Shown here: positions 1 to 10,820 of the stretch, piece after piece | Numbering within the stretch: position 1 is the stretch's first letter | Layout: each line of letters begins with the position of its first letter | NCBI RefSeq assembly: GCF_964204645.1 | Contig: NC_134027.1 | Span: 5,550,485 to 5,614,484, forward strand | Source of the DNA: Tubulanus polymorphus | Lineage: Eukaryota; Animalia; Nemertea | Direction: 5' to 3' | Length of the DNA: 64,000 nucleotides | Position numbers and translations under genes: made by a program | The notes under the pieces: model-generated | Databases searched by the model: none | Told to the model about the DNA's origin: nothing | What the model saw: only the letters and a program-made list of their open reading frames with translations

Positions 1-352
1 ATAACATTGCAGATAGTATAAAATACTATATTCCATTAAGCTAAAACATTTCAGTTGTAATTTTCGTTGAAAATATTTGCATTATTGTCATTATTATCAT
101 TATCATTGATATTATCATTAATATTATTTTTAATAAGGAGTTAGTTGAATGGAAATTTGATTTCAGCGAACTATTTATTGCAGACTTCTTGATATTGATA
201 ATCATTGCAGTTTAACTTAGATTAATGTATCAACATCATTTTCCTGGCGGTATTTTTTTCCTACTGTAAAAAAAAGATGTTGATTTGGTGGCGTTTCTTC
301 CGGTGACAATCGTTTCCTTCGCCATCCAGTCCATTCAGATCAATTTTTACAG

Positions 353-3300
353 ACCCCGTAAGCGATTGTACGTATGATGTTAAAGGACATTCGGAGGCAT
401 GCGGCAAGAAATGGATTGATTCTCATCATTCAGTCACTGTCTACATAGTTGGACAGGAATTAGGTAAGAGAACGCGCTTTTAGTTGAAATGTGAATTTCT
501 AATTCTATGTCACTTTTCATTTTCAAATACGATGTCACGGTTGTAACTGATACATTTCAGCTGCCGCTGTTGATGCAGGAAAAAATGTCCGTGAAGTGCT
601 TCAATGTGACACACAATCGAAGACATTCCTTCAATCGGGTGGGTTGCGTTACAGCCGAAAATAAACGCTTTAAATGGGTCTCACAACGATTGAACTGGAT
701 CCAATTGAATTACATTCCAATTTCAGATGATACGCAGCCGACGACTACTACGATTGGACCACGTGCCATGGTATGTGACGTTTTACGGATCGATCTGTCT
801 TTCAACCGATTTTTTTAAATACCATATGGGCCCTAATGTATTGGAAGTATTGAGCTAAATAGTCTTAAATTCACAACATTTTCTGCCGTTAAATGTTTGA
901 TGTTTGTGATTTTCTCTTCAAGCCAATGGTTACTGAAGCTTTAGAGTCATCGGTTGATTATTTGTTAGATATGGCAGAGTCGAATGACTTACGACAATCA
1001 GGGTACGAATAGAAACACGATTCAACCACACTGGGAAACAGGGGTCCAAGAATTATATATTATTTGTATTTTTCTCGATGCAGGATTGGTAAAATATTAT
1101 CCGGCTCATCTTCAAAAGTGGCACTGAGTCTTTTTGATACATACTGCAAATTTATCGACAGAATAGTCGGTCTTAATTCCTCTGATGATAGTGATATATC
1201 AAGACAGGTACCAAGCTCCTTATCCCGAATGATTCAATCCATGAAAAATATTTTGTGGAGGGGCATTGTTGTTGTACATCAAGTTTACTAAACATTTTAG
1301 CGACCAAATCTATTGATGAAGAAATTGAAAATGTCTGAAAGTTTAGGTGAAATTGTAGGTAGCAGTATGAGAGTAGGAGATATGTCGGACTCTAAACAGC
1401 AGCATTTATGTACGTATACTTTTTCCGAAGGATCGATACAATTGAGATATCACCGTATGAGACAAACAAATCCTTATTCTCGATTACCTTACATGGACGC
1501 CTTAATGGCAGTTCTTTACTTCATACTTTAAGCATACGCCATCGAAAAGATATCCACAGCAGTTGTAAAAACCAAAATTGCATATCCTCGAAACAAATTG
1601 ACACCAGGTCAAATCGAGCTTCCTCTGTCTTATTTTAGAATGTCCGAAATTAAAGGTTGGTTTTGATAATATCTTATGCAGACAAGTCTTATTTTGGTGG
1701 GCGTGTTAATATCCCAACTTCATCAATTGTTTCATCTTACTTGTTCTTTACATCTTTTTACAGAATCTGTCGACATTGTTCTTTGTGCGTTGGATGTTGA
1801 GTATCGAGAATTTATGAGATCTCTTGATACTATCCAGTTACGTCGGTAATTGAGAACTAGTAGAACTACAGGCCTTAATCCCGTAGCCATAATACCCGTT
1901 TAAAAAAGCAAATATTGTCATACAATAGATGATGCGCTCAAAATCGACAGTACATCTATTCTTTAGAGACCAAATAAAAAGAACCTTTGAAATCTAATGA
2001 CCTAACCCCCAAAGGAAAAGGGCTTTTTATTATCGGGTGATTATTAAAAGAAATGTTCATCTTCTACGTACAGTGAATTGGGACAAGGGCGGTTTCAAAT
2101 GGTATCTGGTATATTCACGATCACAAGCTTTCCGCGTGTACGTTCAAGTTTGTTAGAGCCAGTAAAAATTTCGATCAAACACAACACCCTCTTCGACCAG
2201 GAAAGTCCTGCAGATTTACAAAAAAATGTCACCAGCACTACTGTATGTGCTTACTGGGATCATAACATGAGGTAGATTTACGTTAAGTATGCAAGTTTGA
2301 TTTTGAAATATTGTTCGTACATTGATTATTATCCAGATGTTGTTTAATTCATTTGAAATGATTATAGTTTTCCACATGGTGCATGGTCAACTCGTGGCTG
2401 TAGTGTATACAACACGAACACGTTTGAAACTGTTTGTATAGCATATCATTTGACAAGCTTCGCCGTTCTGATAAAATACACAGAATTCGTGGTCCGTTAA
2501 TCAGCTGCTGAAAAAATTCAGATTTCCCCTCGGAATTTACTTCAGATTCAAGTCTTTCTTTTTATTGTAGCATGAGCCAGAGGTGGCTATTTCGCTGAAC
2601 GTGTTGACCTATGTGGGTTGTTCAGTTTCTATACTTGCCCTTCTACTAACATTTTCAATATTTGTTTACCTCGGGTAGGTTTCAAACAAAATCCGGATGT
2701 GAAAGTTTAATCTATTGTATTTCTGACTGATTAGTACTTGTGTTGTTTCAGCAATCTGGCCAGCGAACGAATTACTATGCTGAAGCATCTAGTATGTGTT
2801 GTAGGAATTTCCCAACTTATTTTCATCACAGGAATTACGCTGACAACTGATAGGGTATTGATATACATATAGTTCTTATATTCATATAGTAGCTTATACA
2901 CATGTATTAGTTGAGAACTTTTAACAAGATACTATAAAACATAAATAATAGAATTTTAAAATACGGTTGTCGTACACGATTTAAATCGACAGAAATATTG
3001 ACCTCTGATTTAAAGTTATGGGAGTTGTTAGAACTGTTAGAATATACCTGAACTGTTACTTTACTGCTTTGTCTTTCACAGACAACCTGTATGATAATAG
3101 CGGCCCTTTTACATTACTTCTACACGGCAAGTTTTTCCTGGATGTTATGCGAAGGCATTCACCTCTATAACAAGATTGTCAGAGTTTTTCATCAGATGCA
3201 TAACTTATTGCCTGTTTATCTTCTGATCGGATACGGTAAAAAATTTTTTTGAAAATAAGAGCATAATGTATTTTCTACGTATGTGGGATAGATTTTTCTA

Positions 3301-4749
3301 GTCTCTTTTTGTTACAACAGGGATTCCTTTTCTAATTGTTGGGATATCTGTTGCCATAAGAACTGACGGTTATGGAAACAATGATTTGTAAGTTGATATA
3401 AGTGTACATGCATATTTCTCTGGGGCCCATTGAGTTATTTTCTACGAGGGTAGAACTGACGCCGTTTTACGTACGTATTTCAGCTGTTGGCTAAGTGTAA
3501 AGGACGGGTTGATATGGGCATTTGTGGCACCCGTAATCGGCATAATCGTTTCTAATCTGGTAATTCTTGTGTATGTTGTAAAAGTAATAGTAAAATCAGC
3601 CTCTAATCCCGGGGTGGATGAAAGGGACACGAGGGCTGAAGTCTGGTGAGTACGTTCATTATATATGATTATGATTTTTCCAAGCGCCGGATTGAGAACA
3701 CGTGTATATAACACTTTTTTCAGGGCTGGTATCAAAGGCATCTTGATTTTGAGTCCGATACTTGGTGTGTCTTGGGTTTTTGGACTGCTGGCCATAAACA
3801 ATCAATTGGTAGTCTTCGAATTTTTGTTTACGCTGACAAACTCGTTTCAAGGACTATTCATATTTCTGTTTCACTGCATCGGGAACTCTGAGGTAACTCA
3901 ATCTATCATCCAGGGATTCCTAACTGATTGCATCGCAAGACTCGAAACCTTACCTGAATGGCCCAAGCCCCCATCTATTTGCCCAATTAGCCTTTGTTAT
4001 AAAACACTTCAGTGGCTAAGCTGCGCTAATAGATGCGCACTGGGGCTTATCAGGCGGGTTTCACGCTGTGCCTAGTCTAGCGATGCCATCAGGTTCGAAT
4101 CCCCCTGAGGGATATGATATACTTTTGATACGAAGATCAGTGGTAAGGGAGATTGGATTTAATAAACCTGGATTTAATAAACGGGGTTCATCCTACATGA
4201 ATTAATTATATGTTTTTTTCATGTTTGATCATACGTACGTAGGTACGATCTGCTATCAAAAGAAAACGTGAAATTATTACGCTGAGCAGAGAACTCCACA
4301 GCCGGAACTCAAACATGTCGAAGGTATAGCATCAAAATCATCGATATAGATCGGAAGAGAGTGGTTTATTTATTATTCAAGAATATGCTTTGTTTAGGCC
4401 ACCTCAATACCTGTTATTGTAACTAGTGAATACGAGGAGGAATCCGGAATTCAGGGTAACTATCATCATGAACCGAATATAATTCGCAACCGACCGCCTT
4501 CACCTAACAGCATATGCCCAACTCATGAAATACGAGGTAGGAGGAGTTAATGAACAATATTTCCAGCCGTAATAACGTTATTATTTAATCAGAACGCGTC
4601 AGAAATCTATAACTTTGCTTTTTGTAGTCGATGAATCATTACCTAAACAAGGAGTAAGTGTACTATTCCAAGCAAAATGCAGAGTAGACGATGAGAGTAG
4701 TACAAGTTCTGTCATCACATCTTCGACGGTCAGGTCAGATAACCAGTAA
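353..4749 (+). CDS. Adhesion GPCR, ADGRD1/GPR133-like (GAIN/GPS + 7TM), multi-exon, 5' end outside the window
   Basis: Phase-consistent GT-AG exons at about 353-463, 727-770, 923-1002, 1084-1207, 1301-1409, 1533-1655, 1764-1845, 2074-2271, 2368-2491, 2571-2674, 2752-2854, 3082-3235, 3321-3387, 3485-3646, 3724-3892, 4243-4323, 4399-4536, 4628-4749 (TAA). The translation shows a GPS motif (CAYWD...GAWSTRGC...VCIAYHL|TSFAVL), TM1 LTYVGCSVSILALLLT, TM3 CMIIAALLHYFYTASFSWMLCEGIHLY, ECL2 CWLS, and TM6-7 PILGVSWVFGLLA...NSFQGLFIFLFHCIGNSEVR. These are diagnostic of adhesion GPCRs and resemble ADGRD1. Confidence 0.92.
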
Positions 4750-5313
4750 TGAGGTAAATTTTGCTAGATAACTACATTGTATTAAAAACGATAATCCATG
4801 TACAATCAGCATATCTTCTACCCATGAGTTCCAGAAGATGCAAGTGCATTCCTTTTTATTTCAGATTAATAAAAAAAATGGTACTTCAGAAAACAAAACG
4901 GATATTACATTAGCATTTGCAGGCCTTACTGTACTGTTCTTTTATGTCGTATCCTCAGTGTATGCAGTTGGTGTGATCTTGGATGTTTAAATTATTTTCA
5001 TGTATTACAAAATAAATCATTCATATCGATAGTTTTTATGATTTTTTTTTTACTGCGGTTGTATGAGGTTGTTTTCGGATCGACGTCCAAGTCAAAGTCA
5101 TACAATTTGACAAGGTGACCGAGTGCCGAGGATCACTTTCAAAACGGTATAAGTCTTTAGAACCCGGTCAATCGTCCTCGACCAATCAGATGGCCGTATT
5201 CGCCGTTTTCAATTTCGCGTAGAAACGTCCACTAGCCAGTTAGTAAGAACCCTGTTCTTACTCATGTAGAAATTGATAATGTAACCAACCCCTTCTCTGA
5301 AAACGACAGCATT

Positions 5314-5372
5314 GCGTGGGATTCGAGACACCGTGATTTAAACTTACGCCTTAACCACCTGAGCTACGAAGG
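5314..5372 (-). mobile_element. tRNA-derived SINE head or tRNA pseudogene fragment
   Basis: The minus strand reads CCTTCGTAGCTCAGGTGGTTAAGGCG...GTCTCGAATCCCACGC, with A-box-like TAGCTCAGGTGG and B-box-like TCGAATCCC. It is too short and degenerate for a full cloverleaf. Confidence 0.4.
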
Positions 5373-5635
5373 ATTGATATACATGCAGAGACATGTATTG
5401 TATAAGCTATAGTTTTGGTTCACTGTGTATTATCTGCGACATGAATTTCATGTCATATTTTTCGTAATACACATAAATACTATATATTCATTCTTATTGT
5501 TATTGATTCATCAACTACTACACATTTTTCATTCATAATGACTGTACGGATATCATTAGACCATAAATGATCATGGAAAAAATCTTCGAGCAGTAATATT
5601 TTTTTTGCAGTAGGCCTACCGTTAATCTTCAACTG

Positions 5636-5939
5636 CCAACTAAATTAACCCCAATCAGTCGCTTGCCGGTTCAGACTGCTTGGATGATTGTTTGAATGAA
5701 CCGGAACCGAAAATTTCAAATTATGTACTTCGATTTAAACAAAAAATTCTGTAAACTCGACCGCCGATCACACAACTATATTTGTACTTCGATTTCCGAT
5801 TTCAAAATCAAACCCCCTGTTTCTTTCCCGGCAGGTGTGGTGGGTTTGTAAGGGACACCAAATCAAAAAATCAAACGAAATTTACCAATCAAATAAATCA
5901 CAGGGTCAATCCCTATTTTAAGATCAAAAAAAAAAAAAA
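5636..5939 (+). mobile_element. Retroposed repeat with poly(A) tail and 12-bp target-site duplication
   Basis: Direct repeat AATCTTCAACTG at 5624-5635 and 5940-5951, AATAAA at 5892-5897, A-run from 5926. The body is homologous, in reverse orientation, to 61245-62360. Confidence 0.75.
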
Positions 5940-6977
5940 AATCTTCAACTGAGATAATTAAGTGGATGAATTGGAGATATAAACTTTTTAACGTAAGGCG
6001 GGTACGACGAATCATATGATTCTAAGGTGTTTGTGATGCAAGTCTCCGACGAATAACCGCAAACAGATTCGGCTCGGCGGTCCTATTTCGCGACCGAGGT
6101 TTCTAACCAATACCCGAAGTTGATTTTCTCCGACAGCTGTCCTTATGCGCGTGTCAACCATGTCATACTGTTCAATGCAGATCCCGTTGGAGATTCGACT
6201 GGTGGGCTGTTGATTCCAATGTTATTTGATTTGAACAGCTGTAACTAGAATCATTTTATTCGTTCGCATCTGAGGATTATACTGCTCACATCAACCATTC
6301 TAAAATAGGTAAATCAAGGCTGGGAGATTCCGTAAGTAGTGTAATTGCAATAAGTTCAATATCATGTTAATAATCACATGGTTGATGCAGTATGCTTTTG
6401 ACATTCATTATAATCTGGTGTCTATACACCACTTATTTCAATAAATTGTTATTAAACTATTCTAATTCGGTAACATGTGCTCTCCCCTATCAAGTCTGGC
6501 GATATGAGATTCGCCGTTACATTCCATATTCCTCAAAATATTCACTGCAGTTGCCAGAAACTATCGACTGTCATGTGCGTATAAACAAAAATGAAGGTAT
6601 GTCTGAACAGGTAAATTATACGATAGAATAAGAACTATGTGTGGATTCGATGTGAGCATAGTCATTATTGTCATAATATCTTAACGGCTGGCTATTCTTT
6701 ATAAAACATGTCCTGGAAAAAACGCCAAAATAGATCAGAATTATCAATCCACAGAATCAGACAGAAAAAATCTAAACATCTTACATTTCTTGTAAAGCAT
6801 GGTGAAAGGTTGAATGAGACGTTTACCACGTTTATCGATAAGAATATACAGTGTTCAAATCGTGGATCTTCGTCGAATACGTGGATAAATATGGCATGGT
6901 CACACCCATATTTACCATGCTTTTAGTATCATCGTATAGTGTATCGTTTATTACGGATTTTCTATTTTTCATTGCAG

Positions 6978-8975
6978 AAAATACAGCGATACCAAAGTCA
7001 CGATATGGTTTTGTCTGCATGTCCATCTGCTATTCTGCGCAGTATTAAAGCGAACACGACCGATGAAGTCGACGAAGACGTTGCTTCGAGAAAGTTCTTC
7101 GATGAAAATTCGGAAGGTGGTCAACTTTTGGGACTGGAAGAAACCTATTCAGCGATAACTCGGTTGTTTTGTGCAAATAATCCAGACGCTCGCGATTATT
7201 TTCTACCACTTTCCGAATTCGTTCATCTCTACAGAGCCATAATAACTGACAATGTTATGTTTTTGGAAACCCTATTTGCGCGCATGTCATGTGTGGATAT
7301 GTCCGCCTTCCAAAAATGTCGTTTTAGTTACGTTGTAAAGAATCAACCAGAACACAGGCAGAAACGATGTCTACCGAAAAGGAATGATATAATTGCTGAA
7401 TTAGAAATTTCAAGCATTGCCATTCTGTCCGCAATATTTTCCAGCATGAACGTACTCGAATTACTTCGCAAATACAAATTTGACTTTTTGATAGTGGATG
7501 TCGGGGGTAATAATATCGCCCATGCTCTTGTACACTCGGCAACGAAATTCCCTGACCAGGAACCAAAGCTTGCCACTGTTTACACTTGGTTATATAGATC
7601 ATTTCAAAAATTCGACCAAAGAAAACAATTACTTTTGCACGAAAATGAAGCTGGCTTTCGTCCCTTGGAGCTTGCGGGTAAATTTGGAACGTTCGAGTTA
7701 ATGAAATATATTTTGGAATCCACTGATGTTTACCGACACGTTATCGATCAAAGGGGTTGTGTCACAACTTTCAAATATGATTTCACCGAATATGAACTTG
7801 TATATCCGGAAAATCGACACGCGAAATCGCCCTTGGCATTTGTATGTTACTTGCGCGAATCGGAAATTCCCGGGTACTCGGAATTTCTTGACCAGTGTCC
7901 AGCAGTAGTCGAATGGACGAAGCGGAGAATTCGTAAATGTATCCCATTATGTGTACCACTTGTTCTCATGAGAATTCTGCATACAATTTCATTTGTCTTA
8001 TCAACTGTCAACCTTAAAGTTAAGAGCGAGAATCGAAACAAAAACACCAGCATTGTCTTCGAGCTCAGTTCAAATGATTTAGGATATAGCGCTATGGCAG
8101 TCTGTTGTTTTACAAGTATGATAACTATAACATCCTTTCTGGCTACATGCTATTATATTGTCAATCATAAATTCCGTGACTTAATCTACATTCGTCCGTC
8201 AACCAGGAAGGGAAATCCTGTTGTTAAATCGGTATTTTTCATAGTCTGCTCAGCGGCGACGTCTATAACTACACTTACCGTGTTCATGGTGTTGATAACA
8301 AGGAAGATAATACATCTGGATTCAGTAGAACATATATCATCTCTCAACATATTTCTCTCGTTTACGATAATAATTTGTGTTTGGAGTCTGATGTCCGTGA
8401 TGCAGTTGATGCCATTTTGTGGATTCTTCGTTATGGGTTTCAAACGAATGTTTACCGAATTGGTAAAATTTCTAGTCGTCGCTTCATCATTGTTTGCTTC
8501 ATTCGGATTCGCATTTTACGTGGCATATCACGGACTATCTTTACGCCTAAATCTTACCGATTTTACTACACTCGGTAATAGCATGTATTCCACTTTCCTA
8601 ATAATGCTCAACATGCTTGACATGAAAGTATACCACGAAAACACGATCTCTAACTCTAGCGAAGCATTTCTCCATGTTTCGTTCGTTTTGATAGTTAGCG
8701 TTCTGCTGTTGAATTTTCTTGTAGCAGTTGTGATAAATCAGTACAGTAAAGTGCAAGAATATGAACGGAGCATGCAGACGCTTTTGACATTGGATTTTGT
8801 GACATTGCTCGACCCTATACTCGCCATATTAATTCGCCGAAAATGGAATTATTTCGAAGATGTTGGTGTCTTTACCATCGAGGAATATACCACTGATATC
8901 TCGTCGACCGATATCAGAGGACAATCGGAAAATCGAGATCGCTCAACATTCAATTCAATTGCTACCCGATTGTAA
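6978..8975 (+). CDS. TRPV-like (TRPV5/6-like or TRPVL) ankyrin-repeat cation channel; main exon, start may lie in a small upstream exon
   Basis: 2-kb open frame after acceptor TTGCAG at 6977. Ankyrin repeats DVGGNNIAHALV and ENEAGFRPLELAGKFG, the TRPV-type linker YDFTEYE, six hydrophobic helices, S4-S5 PFCGFFVMGFKRMFTELVKF, pore helix FTTLGNSMYSTFLIMLN and S6 VLLLNFLVAVV. Candidate phase-0 upstream donors are ATGAAG|GTATGT (6591-6596) and ATGTCTGAACAG|GTAAAT (6599-6610); the first in-exon Met is at 7005. Confidence 0.88.
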   Translation, partial: KIQRYQSHDMVLSACPSAILRSIKANTTDEVDEDVASRKFFDENSEGGQLLGLEETYSAITRLFCANNPDARDYFLPLSEFVHLYRAIITDNVMFLETLFARMSCVDMSAFQKCRFSYVVKNQPEHRQKRCLPKRNDIIAELEISSIAILSAIFSSMNVLELLRKYKFDFLIVDVGGNNIAHALVHSATKFPDQEPKLATVYTWLYRSFQKFDQRKQLLLHENEAGFRPLELAGKFGTFELMKYILESTDVYRHVIDQRGCVTTFKYDFTEYELVYPENRHAKSPLAFVCYLRESEIPGYSEFLDQCPAVVEWTKRRIRKCIPLCVPLVLMRILHTISFVLSTVNLKVKSENRNKNTSIVFELSSNDLGYSAMAVCCFTSMITITSFLATCYYIVNHKFRDLIYIRPSTRKGNPVVKSVFFIVCSAATSITTLTVFMVLITRKIIHLDSVEHISSLNIFLSFTIIICVWSLMSVMQLMPFCGFFVMGFKRMFTELVKFLVVASSLFASFGFAFYVAYHGLSLRLNLTDFTTLGNSMYSTFLIMLNMLDMKVYHENTISNSSEAFLHVSFVLIVSVLLLNFLVAVVINQYSKVQEYERSMQTLLTLDFVTLLDPILAILIRRKWNYFEDVGVFTIEEYTTDISSTDIRGQSENRDRSTFNSIATRL

Positions 8976-10125
8976 GCGATATATCTTCGTGTGTAATTGA
9001 TTTAATGCGAATCGAAAGAGAAACTTTTCCAGTTATTCATCAATACTGTAAAAAAAATTTCTATTGATTTTTTATGACACTCCTGGAAGCCGTGAGGGCA
9101 CTTTTTGATTTTCTAAGAGGTAGACTGGCCCGCCCGGTCCACCCCTAGATCTGCCCTTGTATATCACGGTTTGGTATCACGCTTGGGTTTGACGAAAAAT
9201 TCTTCCAATGCTTTGATTGATGCAAACGGACATTTTTCGTGTTATCTTATTTTTATTGCCGCCTATACATTTATTTCCGTAAGAATGACTAGCATAAGAT
9301 TACAATATACTTTAATACAATGTATGCTTTAGGTTAATACAATATTTACGTAAATCAGGAACATCTCAACAGTAACGACTCATATGTAACAACTCACTAC
9401 ATCAACAGTCATGGAAATAAAGTATTTCTAAGGGAGACAAACGTATTTTCGTGCCATCGTTTTTACATTGTGGATCCGGCTCCAGTTCTGGGTCAAAATT
9501 TGACTTGGAGTTCAATATCCAAAAGATGAACTAATTTCAACTCAAGTTTGATTTCTTACTCACAACACTGCAGATCTGGGTACTGGGGTTTATGTCAGGA
9601 CTTCCAACGGTAAAATCTTGACCCTATTCAATATTGGCGCCGGTTCGAAGATGACTTTATGATTTGGTTTGTGGAAAATTCAGCTGGTCTTCAAGTAACA
9701 AGAAGAATCTATGCATCAATAATACTATTATTAGTGAAAAACCACGACTCTATCTTTAATTCAACCAATAGAAAATCAAACTCTAACAATCACTCAACTT
9801 ATCAGACACATCAAGGAAGTGTATATATAGAATATAGAACTTTTGCTGGATCCAAAATGAGAATACTGTCCACTATATTGTTATATATTTACAGTAAGCA
9901 CAGAATATAGTCGAATACTAACGATTATGGTAAATTACCTCATACGTAAAAAACATATATTCTCATTTTCATTGAAAATAGTTTACCTTTCTCATGAACG
10001 GCTTAATACAAGCTATATCCACTTTACACATAAAATGCACGAAAAGCCACTGGAATATTATTTAAAGCTAAAAAAACAAAGTTGGGGCTAAAGTCTAGAT
10101 GTTATTTCAAGAATGTTCCCCTTAC

Positions 10126-10655
10126 GTAACATCCTCGCTTGCCAGAGTTTGATTGTCTCCCGCCGAAGCTCACGCAACCCAAAACCCTGACCGCAAACTC
10201 TTCGTTGGTCTATAACATTGCCCAAGATTTTTTGGGCGGACAGACAGGTTACCGCTAACTAGTTGCCGATTTGTGCCAAAAACCTGTTCAAAATACGAAT
10301 CATTAAAACTAAAAAAGGAGTTCTCTGAGTGCAAATTTCAATTAATTCAATAATACAATCAGTAGCAATGTCAAAATTGAAATCTAACGAAGGAGTTTAC
10401 GTTTGAGAAAATCAAGGGTAGGTGCGAGAGGAACATTAGTAAAAAGTGAGCTAGCGTCAAACGAGATGAATTTATCATTACCAGGAATAATGTTTTTTTT
10501 CATAAACCTTCAAGTAAATCTTGGAATATCATCGGAATAATTATTCTGAATTTTTACCTCGTCGCTTCAGGATTGCCCTTTCTCAACTCAAAAAATTGCT
10601 GATTTGTGCTGTGGCGTGAGCTTCGGCAATTAAACCCTGGCAAGCCAGGGCTTAC
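10126..10655. mobile_element. Non-autonomous TIR element (MITE-like) between convergent genes
   Basis: The left end CCTCGCTTGCCAGAGTTTGATTG...GCCGAAGCTCACGC is an imperfect reverse complement of the right end GCGTGAGCTTCGGCAATTAAACCCTGGCAAGCCAGG. No internal ORF. Confidence 0.6.
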
Positions 10656-10820
10656 ATTATAGAAACACAATAACAGAAGAATCACTATCAATTGTGATAC
10701 CCCCCTAACAACATCAATACCCCAATATCACCAACTCGTGTTCTTAGAAAATAAAGGATTTGGTGAATTTGCTTATATTACTTAGAACAACGGAAGTACA
10801 TTTAAATGGGACGCAGGTAT

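Noticed and set aside
4005-4110. tRNA-like boxes (TGGCTAAG...GGTTCGAATCCC) in a GPCR intron
   Set aside because: No cloverleaf can be folded. At most a decayed SINE head, so not called as tRNA.
6708-6926. Basic 72-aa ORF as an independent gene or TRPV first exon
   Set aside because: It has only a weak in-phase donor, and better donors exist at 6597 and 6611. It cannot be resolved without cDNA.
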